DNA of 63,810 nt, counting the filler, from Octopus bimaculoides (Eukaryota): the NCBI RefSeq assembly GCF_001194135.2. It is 4 parts of 4 records of this genome, joined end to end, with 100 filler letters (N's around TTAATTAATTAA, not from the genome) between each part and the next. Parts side by side here need not be neighbours in the genome. Positions count along the whole stretch, not along the records: positions 50,931 to 63,810 come from NC_068982.1; 3 more parts are not named here. One strand, given 5' to 3'. Below, piece by piece: positions 62,070 through 63,810 of this stretch. Under the pieces are notes generated by a model that worked only from the letters and a program-made list of their open reading frames with translations, was not told where the DNA came from and did no database searches. How positions within the stretch are numbered: the stretch's first letter is position 1; every line of letters begins with the position of its first letter. The position numbers were made by a program, and so were the translations under genes.

Positions 62070-62285
62070 CTCACTACCACTTGACAACCGGTGTTAGTAG
62101 GTTTACGTTCCCGTGACGTAGCGGGATTCTTTCAGTTTCCATCGACCAAATCCACTCACAAGGCTTTGGTCGGCCCAAGGTTATAAGACACTTGCCCAAG
62201 GTGCCACGCTGTGGGATTGAACCCTGAACCATGTGGTTGGGAAGCAAACTTCTTACCACACATCCACGCATCTGCGACAGCACCT
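62070..62285 (-). mobile_element. SINE family A, internally deleted
   Basis: CTTGACAACCGG...TTCTTTCAGTTTCC...GGAACC-like head end CTTACCACACATCCAC. Confidence 0.85.
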
Positions 62286-62553
62286 ATTTTTTGAATGACA
62301 TTGTAGGGTGGGTGTGAAAAGTCGAATCTGGCCAGTTTGAGCATAAAACAGCTGGAATATTCGGGCCGTATACGCCTAATTTAAACGCTAAAGAGTTTAG
62401 CAGGTAACTTCGATGTATCTGTTATTCCTTCATAAAGCAATTTCCTTCAGCAATCCGATGGGTTATGAATTAATATATAACTGTTCTCTATTCCCGTCTG
62501 TAGACCCCCTCTCTCTCTTTCTCTCTATCTCTTTCTCTTTTTCTCTCTCTCTT

Positions 62554-62586
<33 letters not shown>

Positions 62587-62605
62587 TTCTCTCACACACG
62601 TACGC

Positions 62606-62653
<48 letters not shown>

Positions 62654-62669
62654 NNNNNNNNNNTTTCTC

Positions 62670-62701
<32 letters not shown>

Positions 62702-62744
62702 ACTTTCTCTTTCTCTTTTTCTCTCTCCGTCTCTCAAGACCATA

Positions 62745-63172
62745 TACTCTTTTACTCTTTTACATGTTTCAGTCATTTGACTGTGGCCATGGAGCACCGC
62801 CTTTTAGTCGAGCAAATCGACCCCAGGACTTATTCTTGGTAAGCCCAGTACTTATTCTATCGGTCTCTTTCGCCGAACTGCTAGATTACGAGGACGTAAA
62901 CACACCAGCATCGGTTGTCAAGCGGTGTTGGGGGACAGACACAGACACACAAACATACACACACAGACATACATACATATATATATATATATAGATACAT
63001 ATATACGACGGGCTTCTTTCAGTTTCCGTCTACCAAATCCACTCACAAGGCTTTGGTCGGCCCGAGGATATAGTAGAAGGCACTTGCCCAAAGTGCCACG
63101 CAGTGGGATTGAATCTGGAACCATATGGTTCGTAAGCAAGCTACTTACCACGCAGCCACTCCTGCGCCTATA
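62745..63172 (-). mobile_element. SINE family A, near full length
   Basis: Reverse complement of 25888-26305 over its whole length. Confidence 0.93.
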
Positions 63173-63442
63173 TCTAAATTTGATTCGGTTCTGAAATCAA
63201 AAGTCGGTCGAAGGCTTGTTTCGTTGTTTGCAATAATTCGTTGAAAAAGAAAAGGGGATAATGATAGATGAAATGTAGCGTGAATATGATTACAATCAAT
63301 ATAATAACAATAAACGAACTTAAGCAGAAATTATATCTCCCTTCTCAGTAAAGGGCGTGTATGTGCGGCTGTATCGGATCGCACGCAAACATACATACAT
63401 ACATATATACATACACGTATAGACATATAAGTATCTATTAGC

Positions 63443-63477
<35 letters not shown>

Positions 63478-63479
63478 GT

Positions 63480-63810
63480 AGTATATTGCCACTTAAGTGT
63501 GGCTGACCCCTAGGGGTGGATGTTACTGTTGCTTTTAGCCCCAGGAGGACATCTCCTCCAGCTGGCTTATCGACACACGACTGTGTCCTGTTTGCCAAGG
63601 GAGTTATCCCTCTCACCACGACCAGCAGCACGAACGTATCCGGATTTCAGGGTTATTTCCCTTCTTCGGCGTTCGACAGCTGATGACCTTGGTGAGAGAG
63701 AAAAACCTGGCAAAATCTTATATCTTCTTTTCCAGTGACATTCTTCACTGATATTGAAAAGGTGAAAACAAGCAATGTTAATTCTCTAAATGAAGTATTA
63801 ACAGTAACTG
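63480..63810 (-). other. GC-richer segment, possibly the 3' end of another LINE
   Basis: Composition shift ending at an (AT)n run; no diagnostic protein motif recognised. Confidence 0.25.

Overview
AT-rich, microsatellite-laden eukaryotic DNA with several assembly gaps. The SINE families and repeat landscape suggest an octopus/coleoid cephalopod genome (inference). No host protein-coding exon could be supported. 1-23 kb is a nest of decayed mobile elements: a TIR-complete mariner, an RTE fragment, a minus-strand Gypsy split by a SINE, an RTE LINE and a Penelope-like (PLE) fragment, three different PLE GIY-YIG endonuclease remnants, a Tc1 interrupted by a second LTR-bounded Gypsy, and an internally deleted L1/Tx1-like element. 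23-47 kb is mostly unassignable AT-rich DNA with SINEs. 47-64 kb holds many SINEs, an R4/Dong-type LINE end and long inverted repeats. The most notable unannotated signal is a set of hammerhead-ribozyme (HHR) motifs: type I HHRs at 11174, 14655 and 58848 (two are the same family, with a compensatory stem I change), a circularly permuted (type II-like) HHR in an inverted pair at 57649/58246, and a tRNA-headed SINE carrying a degenerate loop-less dimer-type HHR at 61655-62066. All folds were worked out by eye; activity is untested and element boundaries are approximate unless a junction is quoted.
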